A stretch of DNA of 64,000 nt from Candidatus Sulfomarinibacteraceae bacterium (GTDB lineage Bacteria > Acidobacteriota > Thermoanaerobaculia > Thermoanaerobaculales > Sulfomarinibacteraceae): contig CAVUHO010000003.1 of the NCBI GenBank assembly GCA_963741385.1, positions 134,833 to 198,832 of the forward strand. The letters are read 5' to 3'. How positions within the stretch are numbered: position 1 is the first letter of the stretch; the number at the start of each line of letters is the position of its first letter. The translations under genes were made by a program, and so were the position numbers. Under the pieces are notes generated by a model. That model was not told where the DNA came from and did no database searches. It saw only the letters and a program-made list of their open reading frames with translations. This document shows positions 9,167-17,761 of the stretch, piece after piece.

Positions 9167-9471
9167 AGCCGCGTCTCCAGTGATCGGGGTTGGTAGGCTC
9201 TCGCGTCGTGTTCAAACACAACTCGATTTGCCTCTGTTGTGAGCAAGAAACGAAGGAAGAGGGTCATTTGCGCTGCGTCTTGTGCTCTTTGGCATGTTCG
9301 GTTTCGAGAATGCACGCCGAACTCTTCACGCGTTTTGGCCACTGCCTTTCGAGTTTATCACTGGGCAGCGATCGCCCTCGCGCACTGGCGATTTCTCTGT
9401 GGAAAGGTGAGCTAGTGCCCCAGACGCAGCCGCCGCACTCGGAGGCGGCCCCACCGCAGGTGCCGTCCGAC

Positions 9472-10509
9472 TCAGTGGGAGTCGGCCATGGACGCAAGCC
9501 ACGCCAGCGGGCGTTGAGCCCCGACGCACAGCAGCCGCATTCCCACGGCGCCTTTTTCCGTCATGAGATCGGCCCGGTCGGCGCCCCGGTCGGCGGCGGG
9601 GATCTTCGACGCCGCCTGTTCGATCAGGGCTTCGGTGGCCGCGTCGAGGGTCGACGCCAGGATCCGGCCGTCGAGACCGACGATGGCGGCGGGTCGCGGG
9701 AGGGCGCCGAGGAGCCCCACCAGCAGATCCCGGTAGAGCGCCGTTCGTCCCACCATGGTGTTTTCGACCTCCTGCTGGCGGTCGAGCACCGCGTTGAGCT
9801 GGCGGGCGACCGCGCCGAGTTCGTCCGTGTACTGCATCGCGGCCCGGCGGTCGAAGCTGCCGCCGGCGATCGCCTCCGCGACCTCGGCCAACTCGTCGAG
9901 CCGTTCGAGGAGGGTCCGGTTCAACGCGCGCGACAGAAAGGCCAGGGAAAACAGCGCCAGCAGAACCAGGAGGGCGAGGACGGTTGCTCGTTGCGATGCG
10001 GTTGCCTGCGCTTGCCGGTCGGCCTCGACCATCGCCTGGTGGTTGATCTCCAGAAGATCGATGACGCCTGCCTTGACGGCTTCGAACTTCGGAAAGGTCT
10101 CCTCGTCGTAGGCGCGCAGGGGATATTCGGGCCTCGCTCCCAGCAGCTGGTCGCGGGCTGCGGCGAAGGCCGCGAACCGTTGTTCGATGTCCTCGATAAC
10201 CGGCTCTTCCTCCGGGAGGGTGATGTTGGCTCGAGCGCGAGCTAACGCCTGATGGAAGGACTCTTCCGACGCCTCGAGCGCGTGGCGCGCGTCGTTCTTG
10301 CCGAGGAGCAGTGCGAGGACCGCGCTGTCCTGGCGTTCCAGCGACTCCATCATGGCCGTGGAAGCGCGCACGCTGTCGAAGTTCTCCTTGAGCACCCGGC
10401 CGATGTTGCTGCCGAGGGTGTGGAAGCCGAGGGCCGCGCCGGCCGCGATGATGACGAGGAGGATCACCAGGTACCAGTAGCCGAGCAGGATTCGTGTGGC
10501 GAGCCGCAT
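9472..10509 (-). CDS. Membrane sensor protein with a periplasmic helical sensor, HAMP and a PAS-like remnant, and no kinase or other output domain
   Basis: 345-aa ORF. N-terminal TM, then LKENFDSVRASTAMMESLERQDSAVLALLLG...LARARANIT, homologous by eye to the sensor of the kinase at 22182. A second TM is followed by a HAMP-like segment (LNRTLLERLDELAEVAEAIAGGSFDRR...DELGAVARQLNAVL). No H-box or ATPase motifs. Confidence 0.7.
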   Translation of the reverse strand: MRLATRILLGYWYLVILLVIIAAGAALGFHTLGSNIGRVLKENFDSVRASTAMMESLERQDSAVLALLLGKNDARHALEASEESFHQALARARANITLPEEEPVIEDIEQRFAAFAAARDQLLGARPEYPLRAYDEETFPKFEAVKAGVIDLLEINHQAMVEADRQAQATASQRATVLALLVLLALFSLAFLSRALNRTLLERLDELAEVAEAIAGGSFDRRAAMQYTDELGAVARQLNAVLDRQQEVENTMVGRTALYRDLLVGLLGALPRPAAIVGLDGRILASTLDAATEALIEQAASKIPAADRGADRADLMTEKGAVGMRLLCVGAQRPLAWLASMADSH

Positions 10510-10511
10510 GG

Positions 10512-11168
10512 TCAGACCTTGGCCGCGAATCTGGCGACGGCGCTGGAGGATCCGATGACCATGAGAGTCTCGCCGGCCTGCAGCGCCTCGTCACGGCTCG
10601 GGTTGGCGACGATCTTGTCGCCTCGGTGGATGGCGACGACGGTGATGTCGAAGCGGCGGCGGACGTCGAGCTCGACCAGGGTCTTGCCCACGTACTGCGC
10701 GGGAACCTCGAGCTCGGCGAGCTCGATGTTATCGCCGAGGTCCACACGGTCGAGGACGTTGGGGTGCGAGAGTCGATAGGCAAGCCGCTGGCCCATCTCC
10801 ACCTCGGGGCTCACAACCTCATGTGCGCCCACCGCCCGCAGCACGCGGGCGTGGAGGTCGCTGAGCGAACGGGCGACGATGCGAGGCACACCGATCTGGC
10901 GCAGCAGCGCGGTCGCCAGGATCGAAGCCTCCATCGACTCGGCGCCGATGGCGACCACGGCGCACGACACCCGATCGAGCCGCAGGTTGCGCAGCGCCTC
11001 CTCGTCGGTCGCGTCGGCGCGAACCACGGCGTCGAGCTCGGTGGCCATCCGGTTGACCTCGTCCTCGTTGGTGTCGATGGCGAGCACGGTCTGACCCTCG
11101 CGCGCGAGGCTCGTGGCGACCATCCTCCCGAACATGCCGAGCCCAATGACGACAAACTCTCCGACCAT
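10512..11168 (-). CDS. trkA: Trk/Ktr K+ uptake regulatory subunit (RCK N+C domains)
   Basis: Within ORF 10512..11765. The conserved protein starts at MVGEFVVIGLGMFGRMVA (Rossmann GxGxxG; ATG at 11168). The 218-aa length fits a TrkA-N plus TrkA-C protein. It lies 14 nt downstream of the trkH stop. Confidence 0.88.
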   Translation of the reverse strand: MVGEFVVIGLGMFGRMVATSLAREGQTVLAIDTNEDEVNRMATELDAVVRADATDEEALRNLRLDRVSCAVVAIGAESMEASILATALLRQIGVPRIVARSLSDLHARVLRAVGAHEVVSPEVEMGQRLAYRLSHPNVLDRVDLGDNIELAELEVPAQYVGKTLVELDVRRRFDITVVAIHRGDKIVANPSRDEALQAGETLMVIGSSSAVARFAAKV

Positions 11169-11182
11169 GCGAAAGCCTCCCT

Positions 11183-13291
11183 TCACCCGACCATGATTCT
11201 GGCCTCGGGGTAGCCGACGGCGGCCTGCCGCTTCCTGCCGAACAGGAGCGCGAGGCTCAACGGGCCGATGCGGCCGATGAGCATGACAATGACAACCACC
11301 AGCTTGCCTGAAATCTTGAGTCCGGCCGTCGCGCCGAGTGAAAGGCCGACGGTGCCGAACGCACTCACGGTTTCGAACACCAGCGGCAGAAAGCCCTGGT
11401 TCTCCAGCGCCATCAGCGCCGTCGCCCCGCCCACGACCACCAGCATCGCGACGACAGCGATCGCCGCGCAGCGGAACACAGTCTCGAGGCTGATCGTGCG
11501 TTTGAGCAGCACCACCCGCTGGCGGCCGCTGGCGATCGCCGGGATCGCACTGAGCAGCACCACCAGCGTCGTCGTCTTGATGCCGCCGCCGGTGCCTCCG
11601 GGCGAGGCGCCGACAAACATCAGCGCCATGACGAGCATCAACGTCGCCGGCTGCAGAGCGTCGAAGCCCACCGAGTTGAAGCCGGCGGTGCGGCAGGTCA
11701 CGCTCTGGAACAGGGCGTTGACCAGCTTGTCGAGGGTGCCGAGGCCGGCCAGTCCGTGGTTCCACTCAGCGAGCGCGATCCCCACAAAACCGAACGCGGT
11801 CAGCGCGGCGGAGGCCAGGAGCACGATTCTCACCTGGGTCGCGAGCCCGACGTGGGCGCTGCTCTTGAGCCGCAACCAGGCAAAGGCGAGCACCGCGAAT
11901 CCGAGTCCGCCGAGGGTGATCAACGTCGCCATCACCAGGAGAACCAACGGCTGATCCTGAAATCCCACCAACGAGTCCGAGTAGAGGGCGAAGCCGGCGT
12001 TGCAGAAGGCGGAAACGGAGTGGAAGATCCCCAGCCAGGCGGCGGTCAACGGCGGTGCCCCGCGCTCGAATTCGACCGCACCGAGGATCGACGCGCCGAT
12101 GCCCTCCACCAGCAGCGTGCTGACGACGATGAAGCCGATCAGCCGGTAGGCGGCCGCCACCGACGGCAGGTCGAGCATGGCCCCCAGCGCCTGCTCGCCG
12201 CGCAGGCCGAGCCCGCGCCCGAGCAGGAGGGCGGCGAAGGTGGACAGCACCATGATATTGAGGCCGCCGATCTGGATCAGGAGCAGGACCACAAACTGGC
12301 CGAAGAACGACAGGTCGTGCGGCGTGTCGAGAACGATCAGGCCGGTGACGCAGGCCGCGCTGGTTGCCGTGAAGAGGGCGTCGACCGGCTGCAGAGGCGT
12401 GGCGTGGGCTGAGGCCGCGGGAAAGGTCAACAACAGGGTTCCGAAGCCGATCAACACCACGAAGCTGACCAGGATGAGCAGCGCCGGTCGTCCGTAGAAA
12501 AACTGGAGCACCTCGGCAATCAGGCTGCTGCGGGTCGCGAGAAGCACCAGAACGACGGCGTCGAAGGCGGCCAGGAGGGCGAGAGAGACCTCGGGCCGGG
12601 CGGCGGCCGCAATGGCGGCGGCCACGAGCACGAAAGGCGCGAAGACGTCCCAGCGCCCGCGTTTCGACAACTTGCGAAGGAAGCCTCCGGCGACCGCGAC
12701 CGCGAGCACCTGCAACGCGACGCAGACCGAATGTGCGGGCGCTCTCCAGCCGATTCCGTAGCCGACCACCGCGACGGTTGCGACCAGGGCGATCGTCAGG
12801 AGATGGCGGGCTGCGGGGCCGTTGAGCGCGAGCCAGGCGGCAACGTCGTCATCCGGATCGGATGGCTCCCGGCCGAGGAGCGTGAAGCGCGTCCTGACTG
12901 AGAGCACAATGCGGCTCAGAAGATAGAAGTTCCACAGAACGACGAGGCCTGCGATCACCGGGTTGGCGACCAACGGCGGGACGAACAGGCCGATGTTGAT
13001 GGCGAAGATCGCCATGGCACCGTAGGGCCCCCAACGGCTGCGGCGCGTCTGCGCCAGGATCGTCATCGTCAGGAGGACGAGGATTCCCGCCGAGTAAATG
13101 ACGCCGAACGGTGTGACTTCGTCGGATGGTCCGAAGTAGCTCTCCGGCATCGAGACCGCGAACTGCGCCAGCAGCGCAGCCGCCACCGCTCCCACCTGCC
13201 GCGCCATCTGCAGCCGGGCGCGCACGCCTGCGTGGTGCGCGTCGTCGGCGGCCGGGGGAAACATCTGGGGTCGCGGCATGGCATCGATCAT
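11183..13291 (-). CDS. trkH: TrkH/KtrB-family K+ transporter membrane subunit with a long N-terminal multi-TM extension
   Basis: 702-aa ORF. The core from about residue 270 (LLILVSFVVLIGFGTLLLTFP...TATSAACVTGL...CNAGF...RTAGFN...GGIKTTT) matches the TrkH/KtrB selectivity-loop pattern. The first 270 aa or so are extra hydrophobic segments. Confidence 0.85.
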   Translation of the reverse strand: MIDAMPRPQMFPPAADDAHHAGVRARLQMARQVGAVAAALLAQFAVSMPESYFGPSDEVTPFGVIYSAGILVLLTMTILAQTRRSRWGPYGAMAIFAINIGLFVPPLVANPVIAGLVVLWNFYLLSRIVLSVRTRFTLLGREPSDPDDDVAAWLALNGPAARHLLTIALVATVAVVGYGIGWRAPAHSVCVALQVLAVAVAGGFLRKLSKRGRWDVFAPFVLVAAAIAAAARPEVSLALLAAFDAVVLVLLATRSSLIAEVLQFFYGRPALLILVSFVVLIGFGTLLLTFPAASAHATPLQPVDALFTATSAACVTGLIVLDTPHDLSFFGQFVVLLLIQIGGLNIMVLSTFAALLLGRGLGLRGEQALGAMLDLPSVAAAYRLIGFIVVSTLLVEGIGASILGAVEFERGAPPLTAAWLGIFHSVSAFCNAGFALYSDSLVGFQDQPLVLLVMATLITLGGLGFAVLAFAWLRLKSSAHVGLATQVRIVLLASAALTAFGFVGIALAEWNHGLAGLGTLDKLVNALFQSVTCRTAGFNSVGFDALQPATLMLVMALMFVGASPGGTGGGIKTTTLVVLLSAIPAIASGRQRVVLLKRTISLETVFRCAAIAVVAMLVVVGGATALMALENQGFLPLVFETVSAFGTVGLSLGATAGLKISGKLVVVIVMLIGRIGPLSLALLFGRKRQAAVGYPEARIMVG

Positions 13292-13488
13292 ACGCCGGCG
13301 GGACCTCCAGTCGCGGGGTTGATGCTCCCGAAGCCGGTTGCGGCATGAACTCTCGTTGTGAATCGATCGGCTGCGAGGTCTTGTTCCGGGGACGTGGCCC
13401 CGAAACCGCTGTAGGATGGTCGCCGCTCAGCCCCGCCGCGCACCGGAGACGACTCCGGACGGGACGGCCGGGGCACAAAGGGGGATCC

Positions 13489-13983
13489 ATGAAAAAGTCT
13501 TATCTGATGTTCGTGATGGTGTGCTGTGTTTTGGTCGCAGTGATCGGCTGCAGCAAGCCGGGGCCGGTGGTCGAGGCCGAGGCCGACGCGACGATGGACG
13601 CGGTCACGGACGAGATCGTCGCCGAGGATGCGGGAACTGCGGTCCGGAACGACGTCATCTTTGTCTGCAACTGTGGGCCTGACTGCACGTGCAAATCGGT
13701 GAGCACCGAGGCCGGCACCTGCATCTGCGGCAAGGAGCTGGCGGCTGCCCATGTCGTCAAGATCGAGGGCAACGAAGCGCTGCTGTGCACCTGCGGCGGC
13801 GACTGCACCTGCGCGATCAACGCCGACGACGAGACCAAGTGCGCGTGCGGCACCGACGTCCGGCGGGTGAGCCTGGAGGGCAGCGGCCTCTACTACTGCA
13901 ACTGCGGTGGTTCGTGCACCTGCAACTTCATCTCCGACGAGCCGGGTACCTGCAGCTGCGGCATGGAGCTGGTCACCAGCTGA
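13489..13983 (+). CDS. Cysteine-rich triple-repeat lipoprotein (metallothionein-like CxCGxxCxC...CxCG motif x3)
   Basis: In-frame ATG at 13489 within ORF 13126..13983. Lipobox LVAVIGC. Three repeats: CNCGPDCTCKSVSTEAGTCICGKEL, CTCGGDCTCAINADDETKCACGTDV, CNCGGSCTCNFISDEPGTCSCGMEL. Confidence 0.7.
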   Translation: MKKSYLMFVMVCCVLVAVIGCSKPGPVVEAEADATMDAVTDEIVAEDAGTAVRNDVIFVCNCGPDCTCKSVSTEAGTCICGKELAAAHVVKIEGNEALLCTCGGDCTCAINADDETKCACGTDVRRVSLEGSGLYYCNCGGSCTCNFISDEPGTCSCGMELVTS

Positions 13984-14176
13984 CCTTGTCAGCCCGGGCC
14001 GAAAGGACCAAACGCCCCACCCTCCGCAGCGGTAGGGTCACTCCTCCAAGCGTCCCTCGCGGGTCGGGACGTCGCGGATGTGAAGTCGGGATAAAGAAGT
14101 GGAATTCGGGCGGCGCGGTGTGAAATAATCCGCGCTTCGCCGACATTTCCAAGGCAGAGTCGAAAGGAAGAGAGTC

Positions 14177-14989
14177 ATGCGTCACCCATCTTCGGTCCGT
14201 ACGGCGGTTCTGGCAGTTGTGGTTTCGATGGCGTTCGTCACCCCTTCCACTTTTGCCGAAGACGACAACGCCGATGTGGCTGAAGAGGCGAAGCTGTTGG
14301 CCAACGCCAACAACCCGCTGGCAAACATCGTGGCGTTCAACATCCAGAACTACTATTACTCCTCTCTCTACGGCACCGACGACAGCGCCAACACTGCCTG
14401 GCTTCGCTATGTGCGGCCCTTCGGTCGCTGGTTGCTGCGGGCCTCGTTGCCGATCGCAACGGTGCCGACGCCCGCCTCGCCGGACCCGACATCGGGTCTC
14501 GGCGACTTCAACGCCTTCCTCGCCTACCTGGTCTCCGACCCGTCATCCCCCACGCAGTTCGGCGTCGGGCCGTTGATCGCGGCCCCCACTGCCACCGACG
14601 ATGCCCTAGGTTCGGACACCTGGCAGGCGGGAGCGGCGGCGGTGTACTTCAACGCCAAGTCGCGCCGGGTGCAGTACGGCGGGTTGGTCACCTATCAGAC
14701 CTCGTTTGCTGGCGATGGGACCGACGTCAGCCAGGCGGCCGTTCAGCCCTTCTACATGTTCCAGCTCGGCAAGGGCACGTATCTCCGCGGTGCGCCCGTC
14801 TGGGTGTACGACTTCGAGAACGACTCGTACAGCGTGCCGTTCGGTTTAGGGATCGGTCAGGTCATCAAAAACGACAAGACCGTCTATAACATATTTATCG
14901 AACCCCAGTGGACGATCCTCCACGACGGCGTCGGCCAGCCCGAGTTCACGGTCTTTGTCGGGCTCAACATCCAGTTCTTGCCGAAGTAA
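14177..14989 (+). CDS. Outer-membrane beta-barrel protein (MetA-pathway/transporter-like family, by motif recollection)
   Basis: 270-aa ORF with signal peptide ending TFAEDD and an N-terminal NNPLANIVAFNIQNYYY motif. Alternating beta-strand pattern. The C-terminus is FVGLNIQFLPK, with the aromatic F four residues from the end. Confidence 0.6.
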   Translation: MRHPSSVRTAVLAVVVSMAFVTPSTFAEDDNADVAEEAKLLANANNPLANIVAFNIQNYYYSSLYGTDDSANTAWLRYVRPFGRWLLRASLPIATVPTPASPDPTSGLGDFNAFLAYLVSDPSSPTQFGVGPLIAAPTATDDALGSDTWQAGAAAVYFNAKSRRVQYGGLVTYQTSFAGDGTDVSQAAVQPFYMFQLGKGTYLRGAPVWVYDFENDSYSVPFGLGIGQVIKNDKTVYNIFIEPQWTILHDGVGQPEFTVFVGLNIQFLPK

Positions 14990-15095
14990 CGCGGGGTGGA
15001 GATTCAAGGGTGGTGTCACGCCGCTGAGATCAGCCTGCGGAAGGGTTGCAGCGGTCTTCTTAGGTTCGAAAGTTTTAATGTCAAGGGAGAATGTC

Positions 15096-15785
15096 ATGAA
15101 GAATCAAAGAGTCCTGCGCATGGTGCTGGCGTCTGTGGTGGTGCTGACGATGGTGGGTTTCGCGGGCGTGGTGTCCGCTCAGGACGAATCGGCGGCACAG
15201 GCCGGTGAAAAGACCGGCGTCGAAGGCACGTTCGTCCGCGTTGCCGAGAACAACGAGGGTTTTGTCGTGCTTGGCTATACCACGGCCAACGGCTCGGTCA
15301 AGGAGAAGTGGATGCTTCTCAACGTCGGCATCACCCTTCAGGACGGCGTCAAACCTCAGAAGATCACCCGCGATCAGATCAAGCTCGTGACTCCGGACGA
15401 CCAGGTGATCTCCCTCGCAACCCAGGAAGAGTTCATGAAAGGCTCCGGGGTGCTCGACCCGATGAACGCACGCGCCAACATGGAGTCGGAGTCGATCAAT
15501 TACTTCCCGAACGGCCGCACCCGTCCCTGCCGCATCGGTTTCTTCGGCGACATGGACCGGGCCGTCGGCAACCTCGCCTTCAACCAGGTGGATGTGGACG
15601 ACAGGTCGGCGTGCATGGGCAGGGTTTACTTCCAGGTGCCAGAAGGTGTCCAGTACGGCAACTACAACCTCGACGTCCAGTTCGCCGACAGCATCGTCAG
15701 GGTTCCGTTCAAGATCATGACGAAGGAAGAGGCCAAGGCGTTCGACAAACAGTGGAAGGCAGCGGAGAAGGAAGAAAAGCACTAG
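15096..15785 (+). CDS. Secreted hypothetical protein
   Basis: ATG at 15096 preceded by AGGGAGA. Signal peptide MKNQRVLRMVLASVVVLTMVGFAGVVSAQ. Lys/Glu-rich C-terminus. No recognised domain. Confidence 0.55.
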   Translation: MKNQRVLRMVLASVVVLTMVGFAGVVSAQDESAAQAGEKTGVEGTFVRVAENNEGFVVLGYTTANGSVKEKWMLLNVGITLQDGVKPQKITRDQIKLVTPDDQVISLATQEEFMKGSGVLDPMNARANMESESINYFPNGRTRPCRIGFFGDMDRAVGNLAFNQVDVDDRSACMGRVYFQVPEGVQYGNYNLDVQFADSIVRVPFKIMTKEEAKAFDKQWKAAEKEEKH

Positions 15786-15807
15786 GACTGGCCGACCATT
15801 CTCACCG

Positions 15808-16185
15808 GTGTTCCCCTCGCGGGGGAACACCGGTGATCTGATGACCCGCGCCCTCAACGTCTACAACAACAGCTTCCGCGGCGCCTCGGCGATGGCCTTC
15901 TGGTCCTTTACCGTGTACGACAATCAGTCGCGCTCGATGCTGCAGACGCCGCAGAAATATCCACGCGCGGGCAGCCAGAGCTACCCGTCGCCCGCCGCCG
16001 AGGCCAGTGCCGATGGCTCGACAACGGTGTACTTCGGTCCGAAGCAGCCGCAGGGCGTCGCCCGCGGCAACTGGATTCAGACCATGCCAGGCAAGGGCTG
16101 GTTCACGATCATCCGGCTCTACAGCCCGCTGCCGTCGTTCTTCGACAAGACCTGGCGGCCGGGCGAGATCGAGCTGGTGAAATAG
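15808..16185 (+). pseudogene. C-terminal fragment of a DUF1214-family protein (gene remnant)
   Basis: The 125-aa ORF covers only the family's C-terminal signature (FWSFTVYD...GNWIQTMPGKGWFTIIRLYSPL...FFDKTWRPGEIELV). Full-length family members are several-fold longer. There is no upstream DUF1254 part. Confidence 0.6.
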
Positions 16186-16213
16186 GCGAACCGCGCCAGA
16201 CCGATGATTCTTG

Positions 16214-16243
16214 ATGACGGCGCCTCGGCGCCGTCATTCGTTT
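16214..16243 (+). terminator. Rho-independent terminator-like hairpin
   Basis: ATGACGGCGCC-tc-GGCGCCGTCAT followed by TCGTTTC, 29 nt after the stop at 16185. Confidence 0.5.
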
Positions 16244-16359
16244 CTGGAACTGGAGCTGCCGTTGTGTTTTTCGAACAAGATCAGCCGGCATCAGCTCACC
16301 TCGGTGTGAGGATCTTGCACGGAGAGAGGTTATAGTGGCCGCACTCTCTGCAATACACG

Positions 16360-17100
16360 ATGAGAGGCGGCGTTCCGATGGACCGGGGAGGTGCTGTGGT
16401 TAAGGACATTTCGGCGGTGCTCCTGGCGGGGATCGGCCGCGGCCCATTCAAGGCGGTCGCCCCGGTTCTCGACCGCCGCCACCTCAAGATCGAGCACATC
16501 ACCGAGCCGGAAGATGCAGTTGCGCTCGCCTGCACCAAACCCTTCGACCTGGTGATTTTCGATGCCGAGCCCCAGCGGCTCGGGCTCGCCGAGCTGGTCG
16601 GCAGGCTTCGCACTCCGGGTTCCGCGAGCCGCTTCAGCTCCCTGATGGTGGTTGCTAGACCGGGCGCCGCGCAGGAGGCGGCCGAACTGATCGGCCTCGG
16701 CGTCAACCGCGTGGTGACTCTCGACATGAGCGAGGAGATCATCGACCGGTACGTCGCGGACCTCCTCGATGTCGCACCGCGCGCCGCCGTCCGTTTCAAG
16801 GCGCGTCTGACCACCGTTCTCAACAGCGGCGCGATCGAGATCATCGGCCGCACGGCCAACGTGTCGGTGACCGGGATGTTGCTGCAGACCGCGACCAGGC
16901 TGGAGATCGGGCAACCGGTGGCGTTCGAGTTTCTCGCGAGCGACGGCGACGACATGGTCTCGGGAGAGGCCTGGGTCGTGCGCCACGCGGTTGCCGAGCG
17001 CGGCGGCGTCGACGGGATCGGACTGCGCTTTCTCCGATTTCACGGCGACGGCCGCGAACGCATCGAGGAAATCCTCACCAGAGCCTGCGTGGGTCCCTGA
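16360..17100 (+). CDS. Degenerate receiver-like domain plus PilZ domain protein (putative c-di-GMP effector)
   Basis: 246-aa ORF. The C-terminal half has the PilZ signatures RAAVR (RxxxR) and NVSVTG (D/NxSxxG). The N-terminal half has a CheY-like pattern (DLVIFD) but lacks the N-terminal acidic pair. Confidence 0.7.
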   Translation: MRGGVPMDRGGAVVKDISAVLLAGIGRGPFKAVAPVLDRRHLKIEHITEPEDAVALACTKPFDLVIFDAEPQRLGLAELVGRLRTPGSASRFSSLMVVARPGAAQEAAELIGLGVNRVVTLDMSEEIIDRYVADLLDVAPRAAVRFKARLTTVLNSGAIEIIGRTANVSVTGMLLQTATRLEIGQPVAFEFLASDGDDMVSGEAWVVRHAVAERGGVDGIGLRFLRFHGDGRERIEEILTRACVGP

Positions 17101-17245
17101 CCGCTTGGTGCGGACCGCCCCGGCCGCCGTTTCGCAGCCTCCCGCCGAATGCAGGTTGGGGTCGAATCGTGATAGTGTTTCCGCTTGCGAAATCCGTCCG
17201 AGAGATCGGAATTTATTGAAAGCTCTACAGTCTGGAGGAGACAAG

Positions 17246-17665
17246 ATGAAAAGAAACGTGCTGGTGGTGATCGTGGCGGTGTTGTTGCTGAGCGTGTCCG
17301 GGGCCTGGGCGCAACAGGAGATCGTCGACAATATGATGACCGCCTGTGCGACCGAGATCGAGACCTACTGCAGCCAGGTGACCCCGGGTGAGGGCCGGCT
17401 GCTGGCCTGTGCCTATGCGCACGAGGACAAGCTCTCCGGAGAGTGCAGCTGGGCGATCTACAAAGGCGTCGCGGAGCTCGAGGCTTTCGTCGACGCGTTG
17501 GTCGAGGTCGTGACGGCCTGCGAGGACGATCTGATGAAGTTCTGCGCCGAAGTCGAACTCGGTGAGGGCCAGGTCGCGACCTGCCTGCTCGAGCACAAGG
17601 CCGAGGTCACCGAAGACTGCCGCGCGGCGGTCGAGGACACCGGTCTCGAGGTCGTCGAAAACTGA
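17246..17665 (+). CDS. Secreted cysteine-rich-repeat protein
   Basis: ATG at 17246 after GGAGGAG. Signal peptide ...LLSVSGAWAQQ. Two repeats of C-x(7)-C-x(11)-L(L)AC-x(13-15)-C (TACATEIETYCSQVTPGEGRLLACAYAHEDKLSGEC and TACEDDLMKFCAEVELGEGQVATCLLEHKAEVTEDC). Confidence 0.7.
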   Translation: MKRNVLVVIVAVLLLSVSGAWAQQEIVDNMMTACATEIETYCSQVTPGEGRLLACAYAHEDKLSGECSWAIYKGVAELEAFVDALVEVVTACEDDLMKFCAEVELGEGQVATCLLEHKAEVTEDCRAAVEDTGLEVVEN

Positions 17666-17687
17666 CGATCGCACGAAAACGAGAAAA

Positions 17688-17709
17688 GGGCGGGGATCCA
17701 CTCCGCCCC
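17688..17709. terminator. Hairpin between convergent genes, with a T-tract on the minus strand
   Basis: GGGCGG-ggatccact-CCGCCC. On the minus strand it is followed by CTTTTCTCGTTTT. It lies between the stops at 17665 (+) and 17762 (-). Confidence 0.5.
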
Positions 17710-17761
17710 GGCAATTCATCGTGAGCGGGAGGGGTTGATCCCCTCCCTTTCATTTCGAGTC

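Noticed and set aside
9326-10783. Long 485-aa ORF (also 9190..10245 on the plus strand)
   Set aside because: Arg/Pro/Gly/Ser-rich low-complexity translation that overlaps the well-supported sensor and trkA genes. These are typical shadow ORFs of high-G+C DNA.
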